This document shows positions 37,091 to 48,000 of a stretch of DNA of 64,000 nucleotides, piece by piece. Below the pieces are notes generated by a model that was not told the DNA's origin, did not search any database, and saw only the letters and a program-made list of their open reading frames with translations. Positions within the stretch are counted from its first letter, which is position 1, and every line of letters starts with the position of its first letter. Source of the stretch: an uncultured Acidobacteriaceae bacterium (lineage in GTDB: Bacteria; Acidobacteriota; Terriglobia; Terriglobales; Acidobacteriaceae); contig CAWGOX010000010.1 in assembly GCA_963824315.1 (NCBI GenBank), positions 50,308 to 114,307 on the forward strand, in the 5' to 3' direction. Made by a program: the position numbers and the translations under genes.

Positions 37091-39085
37091 CTATTTGTCT
37101 GCTGGCGTTAGCGGCGAGATGGTATGCGACGGAGAAATTCTCTCCGCATGCGCTACGCCCCTTGTATCAACTCTGATCCGCAGGTAAACAGCTCGCCCCG
37201 GGCTCAATACCACATGCCGATGCTTTGCGAAGGCGATCGTGGTATCGACAGAAATGCTGTGTCCATTGCGCAGTGCGATCTGAAGTTGATTGCCTTCCAC
37301 GCTGCAGACGGCTCCGGTGAACTGATGCGCAGATCCTGCGGCACCTACTGCAATCGCCGACGGACACGAAAAGGTGTCGGGCGCAGAGGGTTGCAGCGAC
37401 TCTGGCAAGGCGCGTTGCGTCTGCTTTGACGCATTGGTCGGAAGCAATCCAAAAATCTGCAACTGCTTGTTACTCGCTACATACACCTTGCCGTTGGCGA
37501 CGGTCGGAACGATGTCAGCGTTGCTGTTGTCGGCGTGCGTCCATGTTCCCGCCTGAATGGAGACTAGTTGGTGTGACAAGTTGGACGCGTCGAACGCTTG
37601 CAGGGTGACCGGAGTACCAGGATCCGTATCCGACGAAGATGAAGGGCGCTGCACAAACCAGGCGATGGCAGACCCGGCTGTTGTTCCGTTCGACGACACG
37701 ACGGGGATGGATCCTCCATAGTCAGGAAGGCCATCAGCCACGCCTGAACCTGTGGAGCTTTTCTTGATTAACTGAACCGCCGGCAGAGAGAGCTGCCAAC
37801 TCGTGATTCCATTTCCGCCGCCGGTGAGAACGTAAGGATTTCCATCCGAGCCCACAAAATATGCGGGGCCGCACCAGCATCCACCTTGATTCACCGACTG
37901 CAGAATATTGTCGGGGCCGTTCTGCGTGTAGCCGCCGAGGTTGTCGCGGTTCATTAGAAACTCGCGTCCATCTTTGCCACCGGCCACGACGAGATGCGGA
38001 GTCGACCCCGGTTGGTCGGGAAGTAGCATTGCGCCGCCCGATCCGAGATCGGTGTCGCCTTGATCGAGCTGGAAATAATCACTCGGCGTGAAGCTGTCGA
38101 TCAGCGAGGTTAGGTCTCCGGACAAATGCACCACGCTATCAGGACGATTGAACGACGCAGAATAGCTGGGCGTGTTCGGGTCGCTGTTGCCGGTAGAGAA
38201 ATAAATATCGCCGTTCGAGTCCGCAGCTACTCCATAACCGGATTGCCAGATGGAAGACAGATAGTACGAAGTGTTAGTCCGAAGAGTGTTGGTGACGTCA
38301 CTCCCAAGAAAAGCCAGCGACGTTGCGTCGTAGCGCGCGATGCTGCCGCGGGATTGGTCGGGCTGCGTGTCTCCGTTGCTGCCGAAGGCGACATAGATAC
38401 TGCCGTTGGCTTCGAGCAATCCGGGACGCTGCAGGTGAAACTTTGGATTGAATTTCCAGATGGTGCCGTCCGCTAAACGTGCGCTGATCTTGATCTGTGC
38501 AGCGGGGACGACATCTCTTCCGGTCGTGATGGAGATGGCGTGGAGACGGAAGGTATCGACCTTTCCGTTGTAGGTGTCCGCGACAAAATACATCACGCCT
38601 GCATTGCGATCGATCACGGGTGTCCCAAGTATGCCCATCACGGGATAGACATTGTCGTCGTAATTCTTATATTGGTAGGGAACTGCTGGCCCGATCTTGC
38701 GGTGATTCAGGATCGCGCCGGAGTCGGCATCGATCCAATAGACAGAGTCATTTTCGGTGACGACGAAGAGAACGTTATGCGTGCCTTTTTTCCCAGGCAA
38801 AGTTAAGTGCGAAACGTAGAGCGGTTCTGCGTCTACTCGTCCATCAAGGACAACGGCCTTCAGCAAACCGAACGACTGCGAGTTCACGTTGCTTGCAGTC
38901 AAGATCGTCTCCGAGGAGAACCAACCCGTGCGCAGGGTGTCGCCGTGATAGGTCAGCACGTCCTGGGCGGAAGCGAACGGCGTCGCCGTCAAACAAACCA
39001 TCGCCAGAAAAGCAACTAGGAAATAAGTGGCTGAGACACGACGGTTCCGGGAGTTAGATTTCGTGACGCACGTTTGCATCGGCAA
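37091..39085 (-). CDS. secreted beta-propeller (PQQ-like repeat) protein, function unknown
   Basis: Signal peptide ending in FASAQD. Repeated Gly/Asp-rich blades (GDIYFSTGNS, DGNPYVLTGGGNG, ANGKVYVASN). The family assignment is tentative. Confidence 0.55.
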   Translation of the reverse strand: MPMQTCVTKSNSRNRRVSATYFLVAFLAMVCLTATPFASAQDVLTYHGDTLRTGWFSSETILTASNVNSQSFGLLKAVVLDGRVDAEPLYVSHLTLPGKKGTHNVLFVVTENDSVYWIDADSGAILNHRKIGPAVPYQYKNYDDNVYPVMGILGTPVIDRNAGVMYFVADTYNGKVDTFRLHAISITTGRDVVPAAQIKISARLADGTIWKFNPKFHLQRPGLLEANGSIYVAFGSNGDTQPDQSRGSIARYDATSLAFLGSDVTNTLRTNTSYYLSSIWQSGYGVAADSNGDIYFSTGNSDPNTPSYSASFNRPDSVVHLSGDLTSLIDSFTPSDYFQLDQGDTDLGSGGAMLLPDQPGSTPHLVVAGGKDGREFLMNRDNLGGYTQNGPDNILQSVNQGGCWCGPAYFVGSDGNPYVLTGGGNGITSWQLSLPAVQLIKKSSTGSGVADGLPDYGGSIPVVSSNGTTAGSAIAWFVQRPSSSSDTDPGTPVTLQAFDASNLSHQLVSIQAGTWTHADNSNADIVPTVANGKVYVASNKQLQIFGLLPTNASKQTQRALPESLQPSAPDTFSCPSAIAVGAAGSAHQFTGAVCSVEGNQLQIALRNGHSISVDTTIAFAKHRHVVLSPGRAVYLRIRVDTRGVAHAERISPSHTISPLTPADK

Positions 39086-39331
39086 GCCTCGTAAAGCTGG
39101 CGGTTGCCAGCGATGATTTTCAAGATTGCATGGAGAAGAAATCCGTCTTGGGGGGGAGACGGAATGAAAATGATCGCAAGAAGCAGCGTCAAATGCTAAC
39201 TTCGACGGCCATTTTCGACCCCCCGATTCTGCAAGGGGATGGGCAAAAGATCAAGATGAAAGAGTTTGCATCAGGTTGTAACCTTTGCACCGAATGCGCA
39301 TCCTAAACCATGGGGGAATCTGGGAGGAAGC

Positions 39332-39925
39332 ATGCAGAATCGTCGTCAGTTTTTTGCGAGTACCGTTGTTGCCATTGCCGGAGCGGGGCTAGCCGCCTGC
39401 GCGAAAAGCGCAGGAGTGGTGAGCGCCAGTTCATCCGGCGATCCAGACAAAACTGGGGGCAACGGTCGCAGGGATTTCGTGAAAATCGTGCAGTTCGACG
39501 ACTCGGGTAAGAAAATCGGCCTCGCCACGGTGGAGAAAGTTCGCAAGACCGACGCCGATTGGAAGAAACAGCTGTCTCCGTTGCAGTTTGAGGTGACGCG
39601 CCAGCAAGGCACGGAGCGGGCGTTCACTGGGGCGACCTATAACTTGCATGATCCTGGCTTGTATCGCTGCATCTGCTGCGATAACGCGCTTTTCAGTTCG
39701 GACACGAAGTTTGAATCCGGCACGGGGTGGCCGAGTTTCTGGGCTCCGATCGCAAAGGAGAATGTTCGAACCTCAACCGACACCAGCCTTGGGATGACGC
39801 GTGACGAAGTTTCCTGCACGGAATGCGAAGCGCATCTTGGACATGTGTTCGACGATGGACCGCAACCCACAGGCTTGCGCTACTGCATGAACTCCGCGTC
39901 ATTGAAGTTTATAAAGCGAAGCTGA
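39332..39925 (+). CDS. msrB: peptide-methionine (R)-S-oxide reductase MsrB with a Tat signal
   Basis: GGGAGG precedes ATG 39332. Twin-arginine NRRQFFAS. SelR-domain motifs [33 protein letters not shown] and RYCMNS. Confidence 0.85.
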   Translation: MQNRRQFFASTVVAIAGAGLAACAKSAGVVSASSSGDPDKTGGNGRRDFVKIVQFDDSGKKIGLATVEKVRKTDADWKKQLSPLQFEVTRQQGTERAFTGATYNLHDPGLYRCICCDNALFSSDTKFESGTGWPSFWAPIAKENVRTSTDTSLGMTRDEVSCTECEAHLGHVFDDGPQPTGLRYCMNSASLKFIKRS

Positions 39926-40095
39926 TCGATAGGGCATAACTGGTGTGTAGCCGATGAGGCCCCAAAACAAGCCCTCAATTAAGGGCTGAATCGCGGCATT
40001 TTCGGGCTATTTCCGCCCCCAGCGGCCCTGCACTCCCGTGACCTCGGAAGGATAGCTGGCAATTGCTAAGCTCCGGATGAGTTCCAGGAGGCTTC

Positions 40096-40467
40096 TTGTC
40101 CGCAACCGCTCAGAAATCTAACATCAAGATTCTTTACGGCGAGTCCGACGACCACGCATTGTCCGCGCAGGCCGCTGAAATGACCAAGGCTGGTCATCAC
40201 GTGACTACCGCCCTCAACCGTCAAGGCGTTCAGGACGCGCTGCGCTGTGATGCCTTCGACCTCGTTATTCTTGGAGCTACTTTGTCCAAGGAAGACCGCC
40301 ATCACTTGCCCTACATGGTGAAGAAGGCGCACGAGGGGACGAAAGTTCTGGTGATGCACGCTGGCTCGCATCATCATGCGGTCGACGCGGCGGTGGATCC
40401 CACGATGTCGATGCATCGGATATTGGAAAAAATCGCCGGATTGTTACAGCCCGTATCCGCAAGGTAA
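40096..40467 (+). CDS. receiver-like (pseudo-receiver) single-domain protein
   Basis: TTG start 4 nt after AGGAGG. A CheY-like alternation (KILYGESDD ... FDLVILG ... KVLVMHAG). The expected phospho-acceptor Asp position reads Gly (LVILGATL). Confidence 0.45.
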   Translation: MSATAQKSNIKILYGESDDHALSAQAAEMTKAGHHVTTALNRQGVQDALRCDAFDLVILGATLSKEDRHHLPYMVKKAHEGTKVLVMHAGSHHHAVDAAVDPTMSMHRILEKIAGLLQPVSAR

Positions 40468-40513
40468 GAGTTCCGCAGTTCGCGGATCGTCAACCAGAAC
40501 CTACAGAAAAAGG

Positions 40514-40550
40514 GGTCTGGCCGGATGGAGAGAGTCGCACCGGCCAGACC
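40514..40550 (+). terminator. hairpin terminator candidate
   Basis: Perfect 11-bp stem GGTCTGGCCGG / CCGGCCAGACC with a 15-nt loop, 47 nt after the stop codon of the 40096-40467 gene. Confidence 0.45.
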
Positions 40551-40911
40551 TGTTCAAACCCTTCCAGGCTGATAAGCCAATATTTTCACAGCCCTTAAAT
40601 CACACGTTGTCACGGACTCGTCACGTTGTCGTCATTTTTGGCGCGTCGGGATTGACGGGGCAATCCTCGCCTGCACGTCAAATTTGTGGCGGCGGTTGCG
40701 TGTTGAGAGCCGTTTGCTGACTCAGGAAATTTGCTGGGAAACTTAAAATGGGCCGCCAGCCAAGAAGCGGTGACTCTTCCTTGGCTATCGGCCCATTCGA
40801 TCCGGACGGGATCGGAGGTGAAACAACATCGTATCCCCTCTAGAGGCGAAGTCAAGATGGATCTTCCATAATTGCCTGCAAGAAATTCGTATCCAAAACC
40901 GCTTACAATCA

Positions 40912-40940
40912 TTGACACTCGCGGTCTGCGGTGTTATTTT
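40912..40940 (+). promoter_or_regulatory. candidate promoter for the atp operon
   Basis: TTGACA (40912-40917), a 17-nt spacer, then TATTTT (40935-40940), about 90 nt upstream of the atpF' start. This is a sequence match only. Confidence 0.2.
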
Positions 40941-41030
40941 TGTTGGTTCCAGTAAGAGAACTTCTTCCAGCGTATCGGCCAGTGGTATCGGCCAAATCAG
41001 CCAGCGGCACCAGAAAACGATTATCAGAAA

Positions 41031-41504
41031 ATGGATCAGACACTCCGACAACTAGGCGAATTACTGCTCGGATCAGTGCCTACAGTGATCCTTTTAACCA
41101 TCCTTTATATTCTCTACACTTTTCTGGTCCATCGGCCGTTGAGCGCAGTGCTAGCGGAACGCAGAAGCCGCACTCTAGGAGCGATGGAGAAAGCGCGCGC
41201 CGATATTGCCGCTGCCGAAGCTCGCACTGCGGAATACGAACAGCGCATGCGTGAAGCTCGCCAAAAACTTTTCAAGAATCAGGAAGCGCGCCGTCAGCAA
41301 GCGACTCAAGCCCGCAGCCTGGCGGTGAACGAAGCTCGCACCCGCGCCCAAGACCAGGTCAAGCAAGCCCGCGTCGGCATAGAACAGGATGTGGAGCAAG
41401 CAAAGTCGAAACTGGAATCGGATGCCGCTCGACTCGCAACCGATATCGTGCGAACAGTGTTGCGTCCGGTGGCTGCCCCCAGTCCGGTGGGTGGCCAATC
41501 ATAA
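41031..41504 (+). CDS. atpF: F-type ATP synthase subunit b' (b-family, copy 1)
   Basis: A single N-terminal transmembrane segment (VPTVILLTILYILYTF), then a long Ala/Arg/Glu/Gln-rich helix. It lies immediately upstream of a second b gene. Confidence 0.8.
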   Translation: MDQTLRQLGELLLGSVPTVILLTILYILYTFLVHRPLSAVLAERRSRTLGAMEKARADIAAAEARTAEYEQRMREARQKLFKNQEARRQQATQARSLAVNEARTRAQDQVKQARVGIEQDVEQAKSKLESDAARLATDIVRTVLRPVAAPSPVGGQS

Positions 41505-41506
41505 TC

Positions 41507-42301
41507 ATGACGACGAAGCTTTCATTACGCAGGTCGCAAGTCGGATTAGTATTGGCGTTGGCAGCGAGCTTTTTTGTCTTCTCGATCCGCCTGGTCCGCG
41601 CGCAAGAGCAGGCTGCCCCTTCTGCTCCGTCGTCTCAGCAGCAAACTTCCGCCGCAACTGAAAATCATGCACCCGAAAATCACGGCACCGCAGGAACGCT
41701 GGTGGAGGAGACTCGCGAAGCGGCCGGAGATGACGAAGAAGAGAATGCGAATCTGAAACATTCCTCGCCGGTTCGTTGGATTGCCAAGAAAACTGGCCTG
41801 ACTGTTCACCAAGCTCATCTCTTGTCCACAACGCTGAACTTCGCAATTGTCGTTGTCGTATTGGTTTGGGCGTTTCGCAAGTTTGTCCCGACGATGTTGC
41901 GCAGTCGGAATGCCTCAATCCAGCAAGCGTTGCAGGAGGCTCGCGCGGCGAGCGAAGATGCCAATCGCCGACTGGGTGACATCGAAAACCGTCTCGGTCA
42001 GTTAGACAAGGAAATCGGACGGATGACCGCGACTGCGGAAAGCGAGGCTGCGGCGGAAGAGAGTCGCATCCAGAAGGCGGCGGAAGAAGAGATCCGTAAA
42101 GTTGTGGCGTCCGCTGAGCAAGAGATCGCGACCGCGGCCAAGTTAGCTCGTCGAGATCTCGCGAACCACACTGCGGGATTAGCGATTGCACTGGCGCGAA
42201 AACAGATCAACGTGGATGCCAATACAGATCAGGTGCTCGTCCGAAACTTCGCTTCGAAGTTGTCCACAAATAGTGGCGACGGCGGAAAGGGCGGGCAGTA
42301 G
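41507..42301 (+). CDS. atpF: F-type ATP synthase subunit b with a ~95-aa N-terminal extension
   Basis: The canonical b core is LNFAIVVVVLVWAFRKFVPTMLRSRNASIQQAL followed by a charged helix. It is preceded by an extra hydrophobic segment (VGLVLALAASFFVFSIRLV) and an acidic linker. Total length is 264 aa, against roughly 160-170 aa for typical b subunits. Confidence 0.8.
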   Translation: MTTKLSLRRSQVGLVLALAASFFVFSIRLVRAQEQAAPSAPSSQQQTSAATENHAPENHGTAGTLVEETREAAGDDEEENANLKHSSPVRWIAKKTGLTVHQAHLLSTTLNFAIVVVVLVWAFRKFVPTMLRSRNASIQQALQEARAASEDANRRLGDIENRLGQLDKEIGRMTATAESEAAAEESRIQKAAEEEIRKVVASAEQEIATAAKLARRDLANHTAGLAIALARKQINVDANTDQVLVRNFASKLSTNSGDGGKGGQ

Positions 42302-42389
42302 CCATGGCTTCAGTGATCGGAACTTATGCTCGCGCTTTTGCGGATGTCGTGATGAAGCCAGGGAATCATCTTGATCCCGCGCGAGATGC

Positions 42390-42851
42390 TTGCAGGAATT
42401 GCAAGGCTTCGACGCGCTACTTAAAGAGAGCGATCAACTGCGACGAGTGATGGAAAATCCATCCATCCCCGGAGATCGCAAGCGTGCTGTGCTTGACGCG
42501 GTTGCGGGGCGACTGGGGACGACTCAGCAGGTCCGAAATTTTATTGCTGTGGTCACTGATCACAGAAGGCTTCCGCTGTTCGGCGAAATTCTGAAAAGTC
42601 TGGAGCAGGAACTAAACGAGCGTCAGGGATTCGCCGAAGCTCAAGTGAGCAGCGCTCGTCAGTTGAGCGATCAGGAAAAGCAGTTGCTGGAATCTGAGAT
42701 CACTAAGATGACTGGCAAGAAAGTTCGCGCACGGTATGAACAAGACTCTTCATTGCTAGGCGGAGCAGTCGTGCAAGTCGGCAGCACGATTTATGACGGA
42801 TCCGTCAAAGGCCAGTTGGAAAGAATTCGCGAGCAGTTGGTGGAGGGCTAA
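42390..42851 (+). CDS. atpH: F-type ATP synthase subunit delta (OSCP); the reading frame appears disrupted near the 5' end
   Basis: The delta core includes ENPSIPGDRKRAVLDAV and GGAVVQVGSTIYDGSVKGQLERI. A typical delta N-terminus, MASVIGTYARAFADVVM, is encoded from ATG 42304 in a different frame, 2 nt after the atpF stop. See the finding on atpH. Confidence 0.8.
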   Translation: MQELQGFDALLKESDQLRRVMENPSIPGDRKRAVLDAVAGRLGTTQQVRNFIAVVTDHRRLPLFGEILKSLEQELNERQGFAEAQVSSARQLSDQEKQLLESEITKMTGKKVRARYEQDSSLLGGAVVQVGSTIYDGSVKGQLERIREQLVEG

Positions 42852-43024
42852 AACGGCTTTTGGCTGTTAGCCATTGGCTTTTAGCTTGGACTGAGGTTCC
42901 GCAAGCTACTACGGCAAGCGTAGCGCTGAAGATTTGAGATTCGTATCAGGGCATCGCTTTAGCGATGCCGGAAGACGAGAAATTAAGAGCCCCTTGAGGG
43001 GCGCGCAAAAAAGCTAACAGCTAA

Positions 43025-44575
<1,551 letters not shown>

Positions 44576-44576
44576 A

Positions 44577-44658
44577 GGTGTCGGGTCTCGGGTCTCAGGA
44601 AAATCTCAGATCGTGAGATGAACTTGACCGTAAGACCTGCGACCCGAGACCTAGGACC
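44577..44658 (+). repeat. long imperfect inverted repeat filling the atpA-atpG spacer
   Basis: The arms GGTGTCGGGTCTCGGGTCTCAGG (44577-44599) and CCTGCGACCCGAGACCTAGGACC (44636-44658) pair at 18 of 23 positions, with an 11-bp perfect core. A nested ATCTCA-GATCG-TGAGAT hairpin lies between them. Confidence 0.5.
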
Positions 44659-44671
44659 TGACAACTGATTT

Positions 44672-45763
44672 ATGGCAAACATTCTCGATATCCGGCGCCG
44701 TATTCGCAGCGTGGTAAACACGCGGCAGATCACCAAGGCCATGAAGACGGTCTCGGCGGCGAAATTGCGTCGCGCGCAAGAGAGCGCTTTGGCTGCGCGT
44801 CCGTATTCGCAGATGTTGACGAATGTGTTGAAGTCGCTCGTTTCGCGCGCCGAGATTTACGATTCAGTTACCGGACTGCCAATCCATGCTCTGCTGGCGG
44901 AGCGTACTGAGAAGAATGTTTTGTTGATCGTTGTAACCGGAGACAAAGGTCTAGCCGGGGCGTTCAATACCAATATTTTGAAGATGGTGGCGAAGTTCAT
45001 TGCCTCGAAGCCAGAGCAAAACATCGACGTAGAGTGCGTCGGACGCAAAGGCCGCGATTTCATGCGTCGCCGCTATCCGTTGGCGCCGGAGAAACTTGTT
45101 GCTAATGAATCCGGCGCAGTTTCGCCAGTGGAAGTGAATGATGCGGGGAACCTGCCGAGAGCGGGCCGGGTCCAGATTACAGGCGAATATGTCGGAGTGC
45201 TGGGAAAAGTAGATTACAAATTTGCGTCCACCCTCAGCGAGAAAGTGATTGCAAGTTACTCGCGAGGAGAGATCGATAGCGTCTACGTTCTCTTCAACGA
45301 ATTCAAATCCGTGATTGCGCAGCGGCTTGTTGCTGAACGACTGCTCCCGATCCGCGAGATTGGCTCGGTCGATATCAGCTTCTCCGAAGAAGCTACGGAA
45401 GAAGAGCGCAAGCAGAGATTGGAAGCGGCGAAGACGGCGGGCGTTAGCGTTCGTCCGCTGGATACGACCGCTGTGGATGCGGCAGCGGCGAGTTTTGGAT
45501 CATCCACGGTTGATTACATTTACGAGCAACCGCCGAACGAACTCTTCCAGGGCATTCTGCCAAAATATATTGGCATTCAGATTTTTCGCGCCCTGCTCGA
45601 ATCTGTGGCTGCTGAACATGCGGCTCGTATGACTGCGATGGACGCAGCGACCAGCAACGCCAGTGACATGATTGACTCCTTGACGCTGATTATGAATCGA
45701 GCGCGCCAGGCGAAGATCACCAAAGAAATTATCGAAATTGTAAGCGGAGCAGCAGCGCAATAA
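44672..45763 (+). CDS. atpG: F-type ATP synthase subunit gamma, unusually long (363 aa)
   Basis: The N-terminus is RRRIRSVVNTRQITKAMKTVSAAKLRRAQ and the C-terminus is MTAMDAATSNASDMIDSLTLIMNRARQAKITKEIIEIVSGAAA. Two internal insertions are present relative to gamma subunits of about 290 aa. Confidence 0.9.
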   Translation: MANILDIRRRIRSVVNTRQITKAMKTVSAAKLRRAQESALAARPYSQMLTNVLKSLVSRAEIYDSVTGLPIHALLAERTEKNVLLIVVTGDKGLAGAFNTNILKMVAKFIASKPEQNIDVECVGRKGRDFMRRRYPLAPEKLVANESGAVSPVEVNDAGNLPRAGRVQITGEYVGVLGKVDYKFASTLSEKVIASYSRGEIDSVYVLFNEFKSVIAQRLVAERLLPIREIGSVDISFSEEATEEERKQRLEAAKTAGVSVRPLDTTAVDAAAASFGSSTVDYIYEQPPNELFQGILPKYIGIQIFRALLESVAAEHAARMTAMDAATSNASDMIDSLTLIMNRARQAKITKEIIEIVSGAAAQ

Positions 45764-45814
45764 TTGCTGCGACCGAGTTTGGGGTTTAGCGAATAGCGAA
45801 CGACCAACGACTAG

Positions 45815-47275
<1,461 letters not shown>

Positions 47276-47352
47276 GAGATTGGTCGTTTGGCTCTGCGGC
47301 AACGGCGGACGAACTGCGGTTTTAGCGCGAACGACGAACGACGATTCAAAAA

Positions 47353-47763
47353 ATGGCAGATTCTTTCCAACTCGAAATCGTGACTCCGGCGAAGCTCGTA
47401 GTCAAAGACACGGCTGAAGAAGCTCAGATCCCGGGACTTAGCGGGTATCTGGGTATTCTTCCTGGCCATGCTCCCTTGATCACTGAACTGGCAGTCGGTG
47501 TTATCAGTTATAAGGCCAGCGGGACGACGCATTCGCTTTCGGTGGCATGGGGATTTGCCGAGGTGTTGCCAGACAAGGTCACGATTCTCGCGGAAGCTGC
47601 TGAGCTTCCGCAGGACATCGATGTCGCTCGGGCTCAGGAAGCCAAGGGACGAGCTGAACAGTTGCTGAAGAGCAACGATCCCAAACTTGAAGTGGATTAT
47701 GCGCGTGCGGAAGACGCTCTGCATCGTGCGGAAAATCGCCTCACGGTTGCTAAAGACCGGTAG
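47353..47763 (+). CDS. atpC: F-type ATP synthase subunit epsilon
   Basis: FQLEIVTPAKLVVKDTAEEAQIPGLSGYLGILPGHAPLIT is the canonical epsilon beta-sandwich start. The C-terminus is a helical hairpin. Confidence 0.9.
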   Translation: MADSFQLEIVTPAKLVVKDTAEEAQIPGLSGYLGILPGHAPLITELAVGVISYKASGTTHSLSVAWGFAEVLPDKVTILAEAAELPQDIDVARAQEAKGRAEQLLKSNDPKLEVDYARAEDALHRAENRLTVAKDR

Positions 47764-47920
47764 GGTAGTAACTGCTGCAGTCTCCTCGTAACTCAGGTGT
47801 ATTCCTTAGTTTCAGTCGGGTCGTTATCTCCCTAGGAGCCGACCATCTATGTTAGTCGCTTACTAATCGTACATTCCTAGGGATTTTCACAGGCGTGCAT
47901 TTCTTTTCACGACGTGTTCA

Positions 47921-47944
47921 TCCGTGAGTCATATTCCGGTAACG
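47921..47944 (+). promoter_or_regulatory. conserved upstream element shared by the two phosphoesterase paralogs (copy 1)
   Basis: TCCGTGAGTCATATTCCGGTAACG ends exactly 57 nt before ATG 48001. The related element at 50658-50679 ends exactly 57 nt before ATG 50736. Confidence 0.35.
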
Positions 47945-48000
47945 ACTTGAACTCACTCTAGGTGCGTGCAGTTGATGCACGATCCAGAGGAGAAAAATTC

